Source of the DNA: a virus
Lineage: Duplodnaviria; Heunggongvirae; Uroviricota; Caudoviricetes
Virus record (IMG/VR): IMGVR_UViG_2711768052_000011
Length of the DNA stretch: 47,248 bases
Strand: one strand, 5' to 3'
Part shown: positions 1 through 11,539 of the stretch, in pieces
How the letters are laid out: every line of letters starts with the position of its first letter
Numbering within the stretch: position 1 is the first letter of the stretch
The notes under the pieces: generated by a model
Database searches by the model: none
Told to the model about the DNA's origin: nothing
Seen by the model: the letters and a program-made list of their open reading frames with translations, nothing else
Program-made: the position numbers and the translations under genes

Positions 1-1284
1 TTACAGACTTCTGGAAGGTTGCGCAGCTCTTACAACACGCGGTTGATCTTCCGCAGCGTCTTCCAGCGCACTTAAATCACGGTCTTTCACTTCTGGCATT
101 TTCAGCGCAGAGATTAAACCAATCACTGAATATGCCATGATCATAATGGCGATCGGATACCAGGATTCCGTCATGGTGCAGAAAATACCCGCCAGGATAG
201 GACCAAAACCGGAAGCGATAAGACCACCAATTTCTTTAGAAATGGCCATCCGGGTAAAGCGGTTTTTACAGCCGAACATTTCTGCCATGGTAATGTTTTC
301 CAGAGCAAATAATCCCAGCACCGCACAGTTATGAATCACAATCAGTGCAACCATAATGGTGCTCGGGGCATAGCTTTTATCTACAATGATAGAAAGCATT
401 GGCCATGCCAGCACAATCGCGGAGGTATTCATAATAATATACGGGATCCGGCGACCAATTTTATCGGATAACCAACCAAGGAACGGAATGGTCATAAAGC
501 CGAGAATCGAACTAATCATCAATGCATCTGTTGGAATTGCTTTGTTAAACAATAACGTCTGCACTAAATAGCCTGCAAGGAAAGTCTGAATTAACCCGGA
601 GTTACCCGCCTGACCAAAACGCAGCCCTGTTGCCAGCCAGAAGGATTTGCTCTGGAACATGCTACCAGCAGGTGCAGGTTTTGCTGTGGGTTGGTTGCTG
701 TCATTAACCTTCTCAAAGACCGGGCTTTCTTTCAGATTCATACGTAACCAGATAGCAAAGACCATCACGACAACGCTCGCCAGGAACGGTATACGCCATC
801 CCCACGCCAGCAGTTCCTCTTTACTGAGAATGAAGAACATAAAGGCCCAGATTGCCGTTGCGCTCAAGGTTCCGCAGTTAGTTCCCATAGCTACAAATGA
901 GGAGATAATTCCGCGCTTACCTTTTGGTGCATATTCCGCCAGCATCGTACCGGCACCGGAAATTTCCGCACCTGCACCCAACCCCTGAATAATACGCAGC
1001 GTCACCAGCAAGATGGGGGCAAAAACACCAATCTGTGCATAGGTCGGTAACACACCAATTAAGGTGGTACAGATCCCCATCATGGTGATGGTAATAAAGA
1101 GCACTTTTTTACGCCCTATTCTGTCGCCCATTTTGCCGAAAATAAATGCTCCGACAATACGCGCCACATAACCTGCACCGTAGGTTCCCATTGCCAAAAT
1201 TAACGCCATTGCCGTTGATGATTCAGGAAAAAATATTTCATGAAACACCAACGCTGCGCCGAGCGAATATAACTGGAAATCCAT
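1..1284 (-). CDS. ydfJ: MFS-family transporter (ProP/ShiA-like metabolite:H+ symporter), host gene at prophage boundary
   Basis: 427-aa ORF with 12-TM-like hydrophobic pattern; MFS loop motif GKMGDRIGRKK after TM2 and second copy LSDKIGRR; N-terminus starts directly at TM1, so the 5' end may be shortened. Confidence 0.8.
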   Translation of the reverse strand: MDFQLYSLGAALVFHEIFFPESSTAMALILAMGTYGAGYVARIVGAFIFGKMGDRIGRKKVLFITITMMGICTTLIGVLPTYAQIGVFAPILLVTLRIIQGLGAGAEISGAGTMLAEYAPKGKRGIISSFVAMGTNCGTLSATAIWAFMFFILSKEELLAWGWRIPFLASVVVMVFAIWLRMNLKESPVFEKVNDSNQPTAKPAPAGSMFQSKSFWLATGLRFGQAGNSGLIQTFLAGYLVQTLLFNKAIPTDALMISSILGFMTIPFLGWLSDKIGRRIPYIIMNTSAIVLAWPMLSIIVDKSYAPSTIMVALIVIHNCAVLGLFALENITMAEMFGCKNRFTRMAISKEIGGLIASGFGPILAGIFCTMTESWYPIAIMIMAYSVIGLISALKMPEVKDRDLSALEDAAEDQPRVVRAAQPSRSL

Positions 1285-1601
1285 AATTCATAGATGTTTT
1301 TTACCATCCTGTGGATTTTTTGACGTTTTCTAAGTTTTTTCAGGTAGTTGTATTTTTTCTAAAAACCCATGATCTCGATTTTGCTGTTTATCTGAGGCCT
1401 TTTTATGTCCCATATATGCCCCAAAGGTGCTCCATGCAAAATATCTGGCGTAGTCTTCTTTCTTGCCAGTAGTTTTAGAGCTTTCACAATCCAGTCTCCT
1501 CCGCTAAAATTGATCACGGAAGACCTTCATATTAGAACTTGCTATACTCAAAAGCTAAAAGCCAGACTGTTGACGCAGCCGGGCTTTCATTTTTCAGATA
1601 C

Positions 1602-1622
1602 AAAAAAACCGCTCATGGCGGC
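1602..1622 (-). terminator. weak intrinsic terminator downstream of tfa
   Basis: On minus strand a short GC hairpin (CCGC/GCGG) followed by T7 run, immediately after tfa stop; stem only 4 bp. Confidence 0.3.
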
Positions 1623-1629
1623 TTATTCA

Positions 1630-2202
1630 TTACTCAACGTCAAGCGCTCGAATTGAAACCAAATCATCCAGGCCGCTCAACCTCTCTTTCATCTCCCGCT
1701 GGCGACGATAAATTTCGTCGTTGCGATCGACCTGCGCCTGCGCCATTGCTGCAGCCAGTTCTTCCAGTTCCGGCATCGACAGTTTCACCTGTTGATTATC
1801 GGCGTCACCCCACGTCAGAGCGGTTCGTGCTGTATCGAATTTCGCAGCCATTACCACCGGATAAAGACGGGCCAGCGAATCAGGGCCAGCATTCCAGGTG
1901 TGGTCGTTCCATTCGAACGTGAACGGCTTCGCCTCCTGCTCTGTACGCCACGCTTCGATTTCCCGCTTTTTGGCATCTTTCGCTACGGTGATAAGTTCAG
2001 GTGTTATGGTGAACGGGGCGATTTCACCCCATTTGCCACTCTGCAGTTCCTCCCAGATTTGCTGGCCTGTCGTTTCAGTGTCTTCTTGTGTGGCTGTATA
2101 GGGAATGGGAGCCTCCATCCCTTCAAATAAAACCTCACAGTCAATTGCGCCACTTTCAAGATAGCGGGCATTTCCTATTTTTTTTATTTCCATAAAATTC
2201 AC
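1630..2202 (-). CDS. tfa: tail fibre assembly protein (Tfa chaperone)
   Basis: 190-aa ORF directly downstream of and abutting tail-fibre gene; size and position typical of Tfa family. Confidence 0.8.
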   Translation of the reverse strand: MNFMEIKKIGNARYLESGAIDCEVLFEGMEAPIPYTATQEDTETTGQQIWEELQSGKWGEIAPFTITPELITVAKDAKKREIEAWRTEQEAKPFTFEWNDHTWNAGPDSLARLYPVVMAAKFDTARTALTWGDADNQQVKLSMPELEELAAAMAQAQVDRNDEIYRRQREMKERLSGLDDLVSIRALDVE

Positions 2203-3975
2203 CTAATAAACCCGGATAAATAGACCAATCATGATGCCATCAGAACCCACACTCCCCAGCCGTGAGCCCGACAACGCCCGGTATGTCCCCGAAAACGCAC
2301 CGCCTGCATACACAGAAATATCGCTGGTTTGTTGAATCGCGGGGTAGTCTGTTATCCCGACACACTTAAACTCAATAATCATAAGACGTGAGCCGGGATA
2401 CAGGTCACCACGATTTATCTGACGATTTGAATCTGAGCTGTAAGTTCCCTTGTACCCCGCCAGTACAAGACTGCCAATACCGTATCCGTCATATGTCGTT
2501 CCGGGGGTAATCCCGGACAGCGTAGCGACAACGGACGACGGCGTGTATTTCAGGGATTCCCACTCCATCAGTTTGCCAGTGGGCGAGTACCAATTCACAT
2601 GAACGCCACCATTAACACCGTAGAAAATAATATTTTTAGGTTGTTTTTCTGCTTCACCACTGGTATCGGCACTCGTCCAGATGACGTCCACAACACCAAT
2701 AAATAGTTCCCCCTCTATTACGACCCCGTTCTCCGGCCTCGTACTCACGGCATAACGTCCGGGGAGAGCGTTTTTTGCCCACGAGAGGAACATTGACCCT
2801 GACTGAAAATACACTCTGTCTTTGACAGTAAATATTTTCCCGAATCCGGACATGCCGGGGACAGCAAGACGACCGTCTGTGCAGTCGTAAATATCTGCCT
2901 GTGGTTCCATCGTGGCCGCGCTTTTTAGCCCCAGATTATCACGTGACTCCTGTTGTGCTTGTTCACCTGCTGCCGCAATCTCTGACAGATTACCGGACGT
3001 TTTCAGGGTGTTCGTCAGCAGGACATCAATGTCGTTTTTTGCCTGCTCAGCTGCGCGGGCATAACCTGCGGCTACCCGTGCGCTCTGTTCAGATGAGGCC
3101 GCGCTTTCCCCCGCACTTTTCACATCTTCCGCAGTGGCCTTTCTGTCACAGGCTGTGGCCGTTGCATCCTGTCTGGCGTTCTCCGCAAAGCGCTCAGCAT
3201 CATCACGTGCTGCTGCGGTTACCATCACATCCTGTGCGGTCTGCAGTGTGTTTCCTGCAACATTATCGGCGTGACTTTTCGCGTTTTGCGCACTTCGGGC
3301 TGCATTATCAGCGTGACTTTTTGCGCTCTGTTCGCTTCGGGCAGCGTTATCCGCATTGTTTTTTGATTCCTCTGCGCTGGATGCAGAATCATCTGCTGCC
3401 TGTTGAGCCTGCTTTACTGCATCTGTAACACTCTGCACACCCTGTTGCATCTGTCCGGCATTCTGCTCAACTTCTGCAGCCAGATGTTCAACGTGTTGTT
3501 TATCTTCGGCAACCGCGGTGGCGTTCAGCTGTACGTTATCCTCCAGCGTCTGACAGTCTTCCTTTATCTTCTGCGCATCAGCGACATGTTGCCCGGCCTG
3601 TTGTTCGCTTTCCGCTGCGGATTCGGCGCTCTGCTGCGCCTGTGCCACCATTCTCTCAAAGCGTTTCACCACGTCGGGTTTGAGGTCGCCTTCATCGGGA
3701 GCGGTCAGAAAGTCGTTCAGCGTGCCGGGCTTTGCGTCATCGTATACAGCAATGTCGCCAACACAGTACTCGTCGCGCCAGCCCTGTTTCAGATACACGC
3801 GATATTTTCCGGTCCGGGCCTCAAACGAATACTCCCCGTTATTTCCGGTCACCACATCAGCTTCAGTGCGCATCACCACTTCTGATGTGTTCACCCGGGA
3901 TTTCAGAATAATGTGGCATCCGGACATGGGGATGCCTGCGCCATCAGTCAGCGCACCATAAATTAAAACGGACAT
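2203..3975 (-). CDS. side tail fibre protein (Stf-like), second fibre
   Basis: 591 aa from internal Met MSVLIYGALTDGAG (ORF-track frame); conserved phage fibre N-terminal domain (GTLNDFL motif), Ala/Gln-rich shaft, distinct C-terminal domain; followed by tfa. Confidence 0.8.
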   Translation of the reverse strand: MSVLIYGALTDGAGIPMSGCHIILKSRVNTSEVVMRTEADVVTGNNGEYSFEARTGKYRVYLKQGWRDEYCVGDIAVYDDAKPGTLNDFLTAPDEGDLKPDVVKRFERMVAQAQQSAESAAESEQQAGQHVADAQKIKEDCQTLEDNVQLNATAVAEDKQHVEHLAAEVEQNAGQMQQGVQSVTDAVKQAQQAADDSASSAEESKNNADNAARSEQSAKSHADNAARSAQNAKSHADNVAGNTLQTAQDVMVTAAARDDAERFAENARQDATATACDRKATAEDVKSAGESAASSEQSARVAAGYARAAEQAKNDIDVLLTNTLKTSGNLSEIAAAGEQAQQESRDNLGLKSAATMEPQADIYDCTDGRLAVPGMSGFGKIFTVKDRVYFQSGSMFLSWAKNALPGRYAVSTRPENGVVIEGELFIGVVDVIWTSADTSGEAEKQPKNIIFYGVNGGVHVNWYSPTGKLMEWESLKYTPSSVVATLSGITPGTTYDGYGIGSLVLAGYKGTYSSDSNRQINRGDLYPGSRLMIIEFKCVGITDYPAIQQTSDISVYAGGAFSGTYRALSGSRLGSVGSDGIMIGLFIRVY

Positions 3976-4147
3976 ATTTTTCTCGCGATAAATTAAATCA
4001 GGAAGATGCTTCCGGAAGCGCAGGTCATTCAATATCCGGCGCGGTCGATGTATCAACACGGTTCAGCAACACCCGATACTTCTTCCGGACTGAAAGCAAT
4101 GATGCCTGTTCCTGTGTTGCATTTACATCTCACCTTTTCACCCGCGA

Positions 4148-4429
4148 TTAACCAACAGCCAGACTTAACAGACATGCTACAACCGGCATCGCAAAATCCA
4201 TAAGGCTTCTAACACCCCATACGCACGGATCAAAACCACCCTGCCACGGCATATTCATACGCTTGCCATGCCCGAACGTTTCAAGCCAGCGTTCTTCTGC
4301 CAGGGGGGCACTCACAACGAAGAACGTACAACCGACTATCGCACCGTAAACCCAGCTTCCGGTAAAAAGACCAACCAGTATCTGCGCAGCCACATCACAA
4401 AGCACATGAAGGAAAAGTGTTATATCCAT
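4148..4429 (-). CDS. hypothetical small membrane protein between the two fibre genes
   Basis: 93-aa ORF with two hydrophobic segments; no recognisable family; could be non-coding. Confidence 0.3.
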   Translation of the reverse strand: MDITLFLHVLCDVAAQILVGLFTGSWVYGAIVGCTFFVVSAPLAEERWLETFGHGKRMNMPWQGGFDPCVWGVRSLMDFAMPVVACLLSLAVG

Positions 4430-4439
4430 TATCCCCCCC

Positions 4440-7268
4440 TTATCCGATATCGCTTCGGGAAGTTGATAACAACTTTAATTCTGACTCAAGTTCATCAACT
4501 CTTTTTGTCAGTTTCTGAATATGGTGAATAAGCGGAACAACCAGACGATCATACATCACACCTTCAGCAACCATCCCATTATCAGACGCTATACCTGGAT
4601 CATCTTTGTCTGTAAGAGGACGCCAGTGAACATATTGCGGTGCTATCTCTCCGACTTCTTCTGCAATAAGGCCATAATGTCCCCAGTCCTTTCTGTCCCT
4701 TTCACAAGTCGAGCGATACCATACAGGACGAAGTTTCAACAGCTCATCCGCGTACTTGTCCTCTAAAGACTCGATATCCGTCTTGTATCGACGGGATGAA
4801 GTCGAACGAAAAACCATGTTGTAGCCAGCAATCGGACTTACGAACATGTTAGGACTATCGGTTGTTGTCTGAATGTCGAATATTTGCAAACAATAACAAG
4901 TTAACGTCTGGAAGTTTGCATCTAACGAGCCAGCTTCAAGTCTTGACGATGTGAGAAAATTCCTGTTTAAATTGTTAATCTCCGATATGCTGTAAGTTCC
5001 TATCTCAAGTGGTGTCGGCAGGTTTTTAGTATTGTACTGCCTGCGCCAGCCTGGCGAATAACCATCCCCATTGTAAACGTAAATAAATTCGGCGTTTACT
5101 TTTGCACCGGAAACGCTGGTAGTCGTTGCGGTGGTGATCCTGATTGTGTAGTTAGTCATGCCAAAGCTGGTTATTTCAATCAGTGCGCCAGCAAGCGGAA
5201 TAGTGCCGCATTTTGTTTCGCTATCCGGTATTGAGGCGTTATTAGCATAAGCCCACGAACAGCGAGCAATCCATGTACGCTGATTGAATGCGCCGTTATT
5301 TTGCAGCAGTGTAATAAATGACGATGTGGATAACGATTGTCCTGAATCGCCAGTATTCAGCCATGCCTGAGACGAAGCAGCAGCGCCGATGTTACCAGGC
5401 GTTAGAGTTATATCTTTCGTGCCGTCAAAAGCCACATTGTTAATGCTTCTCGCTGTCTGCAATTTGGTGGCGGTTGCCGCGTTCCCCTTCAGTGCCCCGG
5501 TGATCCCGCCAGTAACAGACAACGGACCTGAAATAGTCCCTCCAGTTGTTGGCAGTGCTCCAATATCTGATGGTGTAGGTTTCTGATGTGAGCTAAACAT
5601 CGTATAAACAACACCATCGGTAACGCCGGAAGGCTTACTCGCTGAATATGCTGGCGAGGTATAAACAGAAACTGACGCATTTGCAGTGCAATCCCAATGG
5701 ATATTTACACTCGTCGCATAATTGCCAATCTCAACGTAAATATCATATGTATCGCCGGATGTGTTGATCCAGGCGAAATTTGTTAATCCTGCGCCTGTTC
5801 TTTTCCACAAAGCTCCAGTAATCCCTTTGGGATTTCCATTGCCTGCTCGCAAAACCAGTTCTGAAATGCCTGCCTGCTGTGGGGAGCCGACGTTGTAACC
5901 AGCGCCACCAATCAATGTGATGTAAACGATGGAACTCGCTTGTGGCATGGTAACCGTAGCCAGTTTGAACCACCCTGCCCCGCCAGAGAAAGACATCGTT
6001 ACTGAATTGAAAGTGCCAATATCTTTCGGCGTTAATGTTATATCCGCTGTCAGTGCTTTCCCGTTAACTTTTCGGTTAGATGGTACCCTGCCATTCGCAT
6101 TGTCATTCGCTGCTTTAACTGCCTTCGGTGTCGCGGCAAGCGTTTCAGATGTACTGTTGGTTGCACTACTGAGCTGAACGATCCCCTTTTTCGTCGTGCT
6201 CGCATCCTCAAGCCCCACGGCGGATGCAATATCCTCCGCCCGTTTTGCTGCTGTCTCGGCGCGCGTTGCTGCAGATTCCGCCTTACTTTTGCTCTGAGCT
6301 GCCGCTGTCGCACTGCCAGCAGCCTCTGTCGCCTTCGTGGATGCCGTCGTGGCACTTCCCTTCGCTGCGGATGCTTGTCTGGTCGCCTCATCTTTTGAAG
6401 CAGACGCAGATGATGCCGATGACGCCGCCGAACTGGCGGACGATGCGGCTGCCGTTTTTGAGGATTCTGCACGGGTTTCCGACGCTTTCGCATTCGTCTC
6501 AGATGTCTTCGCTGCGGAAGCAGACCTCGTTGCTGCGCTGGCCTGTTCAGTGGCTTCGCCAGCCTTCGTTGTGGCTGTTGAAGCGGACGAGGCGGCGCTT
6601 TCTGCCGATTTTCCGGCGGCGGTGGCACTGGCTGAGGCCTGCCCGGCACTTGTTGACGCGGCACCGGCACTGGTGGCAGCCGCGCTTTTTGAAGACTCTG
6701 CAGCGGCAGCACTTTTTGATGCTTCAGTGGCCTTTGTTGATGCCGTTCCTGCGCTGGAAGATGCTGACTGAGCCGACGACGCGGCCTGTCCGGCTGACGT
6801 GCTGGCTGCGCGTGCTGAGCCTGCAGCATCGGTTGCATGAGTTGCCGCCTCACGGGCTGATGTGCCGGCATCGCTGGCTGACTTCTTCGCGGCTGCCGTG
6901 TTCTGTGCCACTGCGGACGCGTTACGCGCCACCTCTTCCACCATCAGTTCAAAACGGCGCAGTGCCTCCGGACGGGCATCATCCTCCGTCATGGCACCAA
7001 GAAAATCATTCAGCGTACCGGGTCGGGAATCTTCATACACGGTAATGGTCCCGGCATGTGATGGCGGGAATCCCTCCACCAACAGAATAACGCTGTACTG
7101 ACCATACTCAACGTCCATACTGTAACGCCCGGCTTCATCCGGATTTTCTGAGGCCACCGTGTTCACCACCACCGTGGTGCTGTTACGTTTTGCTTTCAGC
7201 TGGATTGTGCAGTTCTGTATCGGTTTACCTGCACCGTCTTTCAGTACACCTGAAATCTTTACTGCCAT
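4440..7268 (-). CDS. stf: tail fibre protein with lambda Stf-like N-terminus and C-terminal intramolecular-chaperone (peptidase S74-like) domain
   Basis: Start at MAVKISGVLKDGAGKP with GGGGTGA RBS; N-terminal approx. 110 aa and Ala/Ser/Thr-rich shaft match lambda Stf by recall; C-terminus has SSRRYKTDIE ... GLIAEEVGEIAPQYV typical of self-cleaving chaperone domain. Confidence 0.8.
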   Translation of the reverse strand: MAVKISGVLKDGAGKPIQNCTIQLKAKRNSTTVVVNTVASENPDEAGRYSMDVEYGQYSVILLVEGFPPSHAGTITVYEDSRPGTLNDFLGAMTEDDARPEALRRFELMVEEVARNASAVAQNTAAAKKSASDAGTSAREAATHATDAAGSARAASTSAGQAASSAQSASSSAGTASTKATEASKSAAAAESSKSAAATSAGAASTSAGQASASATAAGKSAESAASSASTATTKAGEATEQASAATRSASAAKTSETNAKASETRAESSKTAAASSASSAASSASSASASKDEATRQASAAKGSATTASTKATEAAGSATAAAQSKSKAESAATRAETAAKRAEDIASAVGLEDASTTKKGIVQLSSATNSTSETLAATPKAVKAANDNANGRVPSNRKVNGKALTADITLTPKDIGTFNSVTMSFSGGAGWFKLATVTMPQASSIVYITLIGGAGYNVGSPQQAGISELVLRAGNGNPKGITGALWKRTGAGLTNFAWINTSGDTYDIYVEIGNYATSVNIHWDCTANASVSVYTSPAYSASKPSGVTDGVVYTMFSSHQKPTPSDIGALPTTGGTISGPLSVTGGITGALKGNAATATKLQTARSINNVAFDGTKDITLTPGNIGAAASSQAWLNTGDSGQSLSTSSFITLLQNNGAFNQRTWIARCSWAYANNASIPDSETKCGTIPLAGALIEITSFGMTNYTIRITTATTTSVSGAKVNAEFIYVYNGDGYSPGWRRQYNTKNLPTPLEIGTYSISEINNLNRNFLTSSRLEAGSLDANFQTLTCYCLQIFDIQTTTDSPNMFVSPIAGYNMVFRSTSSRRYKTDIESLEDKYADELLKLRPVWYRSTCERDRKDWGHYGLIAEEVGEIAPQYVHWRPLTDKDDPGIASDNGMVAEGVMYDRLVVPLIHHIQKLTKRVDELESELKLLSTSRSDIG

Positions 7269-7332
7269 ATTCACCCCACAAAAAAGCCCGCCAGAATCTG
7301 CGGGCTGCCATAACACTGTGTTACCTGGCTAA

Positions 7333-7932
7333 TCAGAATTTATAACCGACACCCACGATGAAACCGTCAGTACGCCAGTCGCCACTGCCGGAACCTTCAT
7401 AAGCAATATCAATGGCAACGGATTCTGTCGGGTTAAACTGCACGCCAGCTCCCCACGCCAGAGACGTGTTGCTGTGGCGACCGTCATCACTTCCGGTCAG
7501 CACATCGTGCGTTTTCCCCTTGTTGTCAGTTACGCGGAGATAATCCCCGGAGAAAGTCGACACACGGCTGTAAGCCATACCCGCCATCGCATACGCGCTG
7601 AACCATTCATTCACGCGCACAGACGGCCCCGCCATCACGCTGAACCAGCGGTTACGCACGGAATCTTCATGCCAGCGGGTATCGCTGTAGTGCGTTTTTT
7701 GCTCATCCTCAGCATTGGCATAACTGAAGGACGTAATCAGCCCCAGCGTGTCCGTAAACTCATAACGGTATTTCACGTTAATCCCGTTCAGATTATCGCT
7801 GCCGGGAGCGTTCGTACGGGCATGAAGATACCCTGCGCTCAGTGTGGACTGATGTTCAGACGCCCATGCAGGCGCACCGGATACGGACAGACAGATGGCT
7901 GCGGACAAAATAACAGCACATAATTTACGCAT
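7333..7932 (-). CDS. lom: outer membrane protein Lom (Ail/Lom family)
   Basis: 199 aa, signal peptide, near-identical to lambda Lom by recall, ends in aromatic beta-barrel terminus GVGYKF. Confidence 0.9.
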   Translation of the reverse strand: MRKLCAVILSAAICLSVSGAPAWASEHQSTLSAGYLHARTNAPGSDNLNGINVKYRYEFTDTLGLITSFSYANAEDEQKTHYSDTRWHEDSVRNRWFSVMAGPSVRVNEWFSAYAMAGMAYSRVSTFSGDYLRVTDNKGKTHDVLTGSDDGRHSNTSLAWGAGVQFNPTESVAIDIAYEGSGSGDWRTDGFIVGVGYKF

Positions 7933-7999
7933 AATTACCTCTCGCTTTTCTGCAATAAAAAAGGCGCCATTTCTGGCGCCCGTATCTGGGTTATAAAAT

Positions 8000-10900
8000 T
8001 CAGCTAATCGTGATGCCTGCAGTGGCTTTCTTCATCACCACAACCAGCAAATCGCTGATACTTGCTGTGGGATACCAGTTATTTACCAGCCATGCTGACA
8101 CCGAAAACTCCAGCGTCATGTGGCCGTGACCGGCAGGCATATCAATAACACCACTGTAAATCAGCGTATTATCCAGCGCGGTACGGTTATAAATTTCAGC
8201 ACCGTTTTTCCGTACTATCAGGCGGCATGACGAATAAATATCGTTATTCTCCCGCTCATGTTTAGCGCCGCTGAATGCCACCGCCGGAATAACAATCTGC
8301 CGGTCAAACGGCTGATCGTCATAAACCCTGACGGTGATGGTCCCTGATGGCCACCGTTCCGGTGCACGGGAGTCCCGGGGGAAAGCTTTGCCCACTGTTT
8401 TAACGAGATCGCCTTCAATCTGGTTGGCGGACAGTTTTCCCAGAACCCGACAGTTCTCGTTAATCGTGACGTTGTTGAGCGTCCCGGAGTTCGCATTCAC
8501 GTTACCGCTGATATCGGCATTTTTCGCCGTCAGCCGCCCGTCCGGTGTCAGGGAAAATACCGGAGGATTACCGCCGCTGGTAATGGTGGGAGCCGTCAGG
8601 CGTTTCAGGAACACTTCGTTCATGAATATCTGATCGCCCTGCCCAACAAACATTGGCTTTGTGTTGCCATTCGCAGGATTAATCATCGCAATCCTGTCTG
8701 CCGCCAGCAGCACCTGACTCTGCATGCCGTCAGGGGTGTTCTCAATACCGGCACCAATACCCGCGATATAAAGGCGTCCGTCCTGCATCTGCTGCAGCTT
8801 CACAGCCCACATGCTGTTCAGGTTATTATTTGTATCAACCTGAACCTTCTGTATCTGCTGAATTGCCGCACTCTGGTCTTCCAGTTTCTTATTGACGGTC
8901 TGCGTGATTTCATTGCTGACATCCGTAATGGACGTCCTGATTTCAGCCAGGTCAGGCGCAAGCTGACCGTTATCAATCTGCGTCCACAGCTCCTGAGCCA
9001 GATGGGTTTTCCCTATCTCGCCTTTGAAAAAATCCAGATAACCGGATGCATCATCACTCGGCTGACCAACAGCCTCCACGAATGCCGATTTGCCAACGGT
9101 GTTCACACTGCGGATATAAAAGTAATAATCATGGCCCGGTTTGATATTGATACTGGCGGCTATCCAGTACAGCGCCGTGCCAAGATAGCGTGCTGTGGTT
9201 TCAACCTGCCTGATATCGGTAATCCGCTTTTCCGAGAACCAGAACTCAAACTGTACCGTCGGGTCATAAACGGCAAGATGCGGCGTGGCGGTTATCTGAA
9301 AATAGCCCGGTGTCAGCTCAATCCTCGACGGTGCTGCCGGTGCGGCAATCCGGAACGATACCGACGCCGGATCGCCCTGCTGCCCCCACGCATTTACCGC
9401 CCGGACTGTCAGCCTGTAGTTCCCCAGCGCCAGTTGCGTGAAGCGGTATGTGGTTTCCGTCGTCCGGGCCGTGCTGACCAGCCGCTCACTGCTGTCATCC
9501 GCTGTTACGGTCAGACGGAGCAGGAAGCTCACGCCCTTCACCACCTTCGGCGTGTCCCAGCGCGCCAGCACCTGATATTCCCCGCTGTCTGCGGTGACTT
9601 CGGCGGTCAGGTGCTGCACCGCTGGCGGCGTGACACCATTCACCGTGCTGCTCTGGTCGCCGTCAAAGTGCGCCCCGTTATCCACGATGGCTTCTTTTTC
9701 CGGTACATGCTGCACGGCGGTGATGGCATACGTGCCGTCGTCGTTCTCACGGATACTCACGCAGCGGAACAGGCGCTGGCGCAGCGTCGGCAGCTTCAGC
9801 CCCCACACACTGTATCCGGCAACGCCGTCAGGAACACGGCTCACTTTTACCTTCACGCCGTCGGTGACGGACTGGACCTCCACGCTGACCGGATTGCCAC
9901 TTCCGTCAACCAGGCTTATCAGCGTGGTACCGGAGGATGGCAGCGTGATTTCACGGTCGAGCGTCAGCGTCCGGGTCTGGCTGTTCACCGCCAGCACGCG
10001 CCCACCGGTGCTGATACCCGCATAGTCATCATCACAGATTTCAATGACATCGCCCGGCACATGGCGAAGCCCTTCTGCGCCCACGCTGAAGTCCACGGTC
10101 TGCGTTTCCAGCAGTTCCGTTTTAATCAGCCACAGCCCGGCGCGGTGCGCCTGCCCCCGGCTGGTACAGCCAAAGGCATCCATCTTCGTGACGTTACGAC
10201 CGTAACGGGCAATGGCCTGCGTGTCCTCCACAAGCTCTGTCGCCGTCTCCCAGCCGTTATTCGGGTCAATCCAGTTCACCTCAACGGCATTATGGCGGTC
10301 CTTCAGGGCGCTGAAGCTGTAGCGGAACGGCGCACCATCATCCGGCATCACCACATTACTGCGGTTATAGGTCCACACCTTATCCGACGGTCGGTCCTGC
10401 ACGAACGTCAGCGTCTGCCCGTTCCATACCGGCATACAGCGCATCGCAGAGCAGAAATCACTGAGCACATCCCACGCCTTGCGCTGTGTGGTCAGGTACG
10501 CATTACAGGTGATGCGCGGCTCCGTGCCGCCAAAACCGTCCGGCACCGACTGATCGCAATGCTGGCCGATGACATACAGCGCCCATTTGTCCACATCCGC
10601 CGCACCAAGACGTTTCCCCATGCCGTAGCGCGGATGGGTCAGCATATCCCACAGACACCAGGCCATGTTGTTGCTGTATGCTGGCTTAAACGTTCCGTCC
10701 CAGATACCGCTGTATTGCCGCGTCTGCGGGTTATAGTTCGACGGCACCTGCAGAATGCGCCCGCGCAGATGATAATTACGGCTCACCTGCTGGCTGCCGA
10801 ACTGCTCCGAGTCCACCTGCACGCCGACCAGTGCCGTGTTCGGGTAGCACTGTTTCACATCGATAATTTCGGTGTATGACGACCAGAGCGTTTTGTTCTG

Positions 10901-11479
10901 CAGCTGGTCTGTGGTGCTGTCCGGCGTCATCCTGCGCATCCGGATATTAAACGGGCGCGGCGGCAGGTTATCCACCACCACCGAGGCCAGATACTGTGAA
11001 GTGGTTTTACCCTTAATGGTGATGTCTTTTTCCGTCACCCAGCCACCGTTACGTTGTATCTGAACCAGCAGGCGGACTTCCGATGGATTCCTGTCCCCCT
11101 TTGAGGTGGTTTCCACCAGTGCCTGCACGCCGAAAGTAAAACGCAGACGGTCAATGTTTGCCGACGTGATGGTCCGGGTGATCGGCGTGTCATATTTCAC
11201 TTCTGTACCGAGCACCGTCTCGGAGCCGGAGGATTCAAATCCCTCCGGCGGTGTCTGCTCCTGCTCACCGGCCCTGAACACCACCGTGACGCCGGATATA
11301 TTGGTATTCCCCTCACTGTCCAGCACCGGCGTACTGTTCAGCAGCACGCTTTTTAATCCATCCACCGGACCTTCAACCGGCCCTTCGCTGATGGCATCGA
11401 TCACACTCAGCAACTGCGTGGACTTCAGGTTGTCCTTCGCTTCGCGCGGGGTATGCCCCTTACTGCTTCCTTTACCCAT
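8000..11479 (-). CDS. J: host specificity / central tail fibre protein J
   Basis: 1159 aa, lambda gpJ-like sequence and size, position after I. Confidence 0.95.
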   Translation of the reverse strand: MGKGSSKGHTPREAKDNLKSTQLLSVIDAISEGPVEGPVDGLKSVLLNSTPVLDSEGNTNISGVTVVFRAGEQEQTPPEGFESSGSETVLGTEVKYDTPITRTITSANIDRLRFTFGVQALVETTSKGDRNPSEVRLLVQIQRNGGWVTEKDITIKGKTTSQYLASVVVDNLPPRPFNIRMRRMTPDSTTDQLQNKTLWSSYTEIIDVKQCYPNTALVGVQVDSEQFGSQQVSRNYHLRGRILQVPSNYNPQTRQYSGIWDGTFKPAYSNNMAWCLWDMLTHPRYGMGKRLGAADVDKWALYVIGQHCDQSVPDGFGGTEPRITCNAYLTTQRKAWDVLSDFCSAMRCMPVWNGQTLTFVQDRPSDKVWTYNRSNVVMPDDGAPFRYSFSALKDRHNAVEVNWIDPNNGWETATELVEDTQAIARYGRNVTKMDAFGCTSRGQAHRAGLWLIKTELLETQTVDFSVGAEGLRHVPGDVIEICDDDYAGISTGGRVLAVNSQTRTLTLDREITLPSSGTTLISLVDGSGNPVSVEVQSVTDGVKVKVSRVPDGVAGYSVWGLKLPTLRQRLFRCVSIRENDDGTYAITAVQHVPEKEAIVDNGAHFDGDQSSTVNGVTPPAVQHLTAEVTADSGEYQVLARWDTPKVVKGVSFLLRLTVTADDSSERLVSTARTTETTYRFTQLALGNYRLTVRAVNAWGQQGDPASVSFRIAAPAAPSRIELTPGYFQITATPHLAVYDPTVQFEFWFSEKRITDIRQVETTARYLGTALYWIAASINIKPGHDYYFYIRSVNTVGKSAFVEAVGQPSDDASGYLDFFKGEIGKTHLAQELWTQIDNGQLAPDLAEIRTSITDVSNEITQTVNKKLEDQSAAIQQIQKVQVDTNNNLNSMWAVKLQQMQDGRLYIAGIGAGIENTPDGMQSQVLLAADRIAMINPANGNTKPMFVGQGDQIFMNEVFLKRLTAPTITSGGNPPVFSLTPDGRLTAKNADISGNVNANSGTLNNVTINENCRVLGKLSANQIEGDLVKTVGKAFPRDSRAPERWPSGTITVRVYDDQPFDRQIVIPAVAFSGAKHERENNDIYSSCRLIVRKNGAEIYNRTALDNTLIYSGVIDMPAGHGHMTLEFSVSAWLVNNWYPTASISDLLVVVMKKATAGITIS

Positions 11480-11539
11480 TCCTCACGCTCCATAAATGAC
11501 AAAACCGCCCGCAGGCGGTTTCACATAAAACATTTTGCA

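Noticed and set aside
6050-7045. Long ORFs in alternative frames and on the plus strand inside the tail-fibre gene (273-aa Pro/Arg/Gln-rich and 144-aa Ala/Asp-rich translations)
   Set aside because: Generated by the GC-rich Ala/Ser/Thr repeat region of the fibre shaft; extremely biased low-complexity composition and complete overlap with a well-supported gene
9002-10879. 625-aa plus-strand ORF antisense to gene J
   Set aside because: Arg/His/Cys-rich antisense translation fully contained in J; no RBS context
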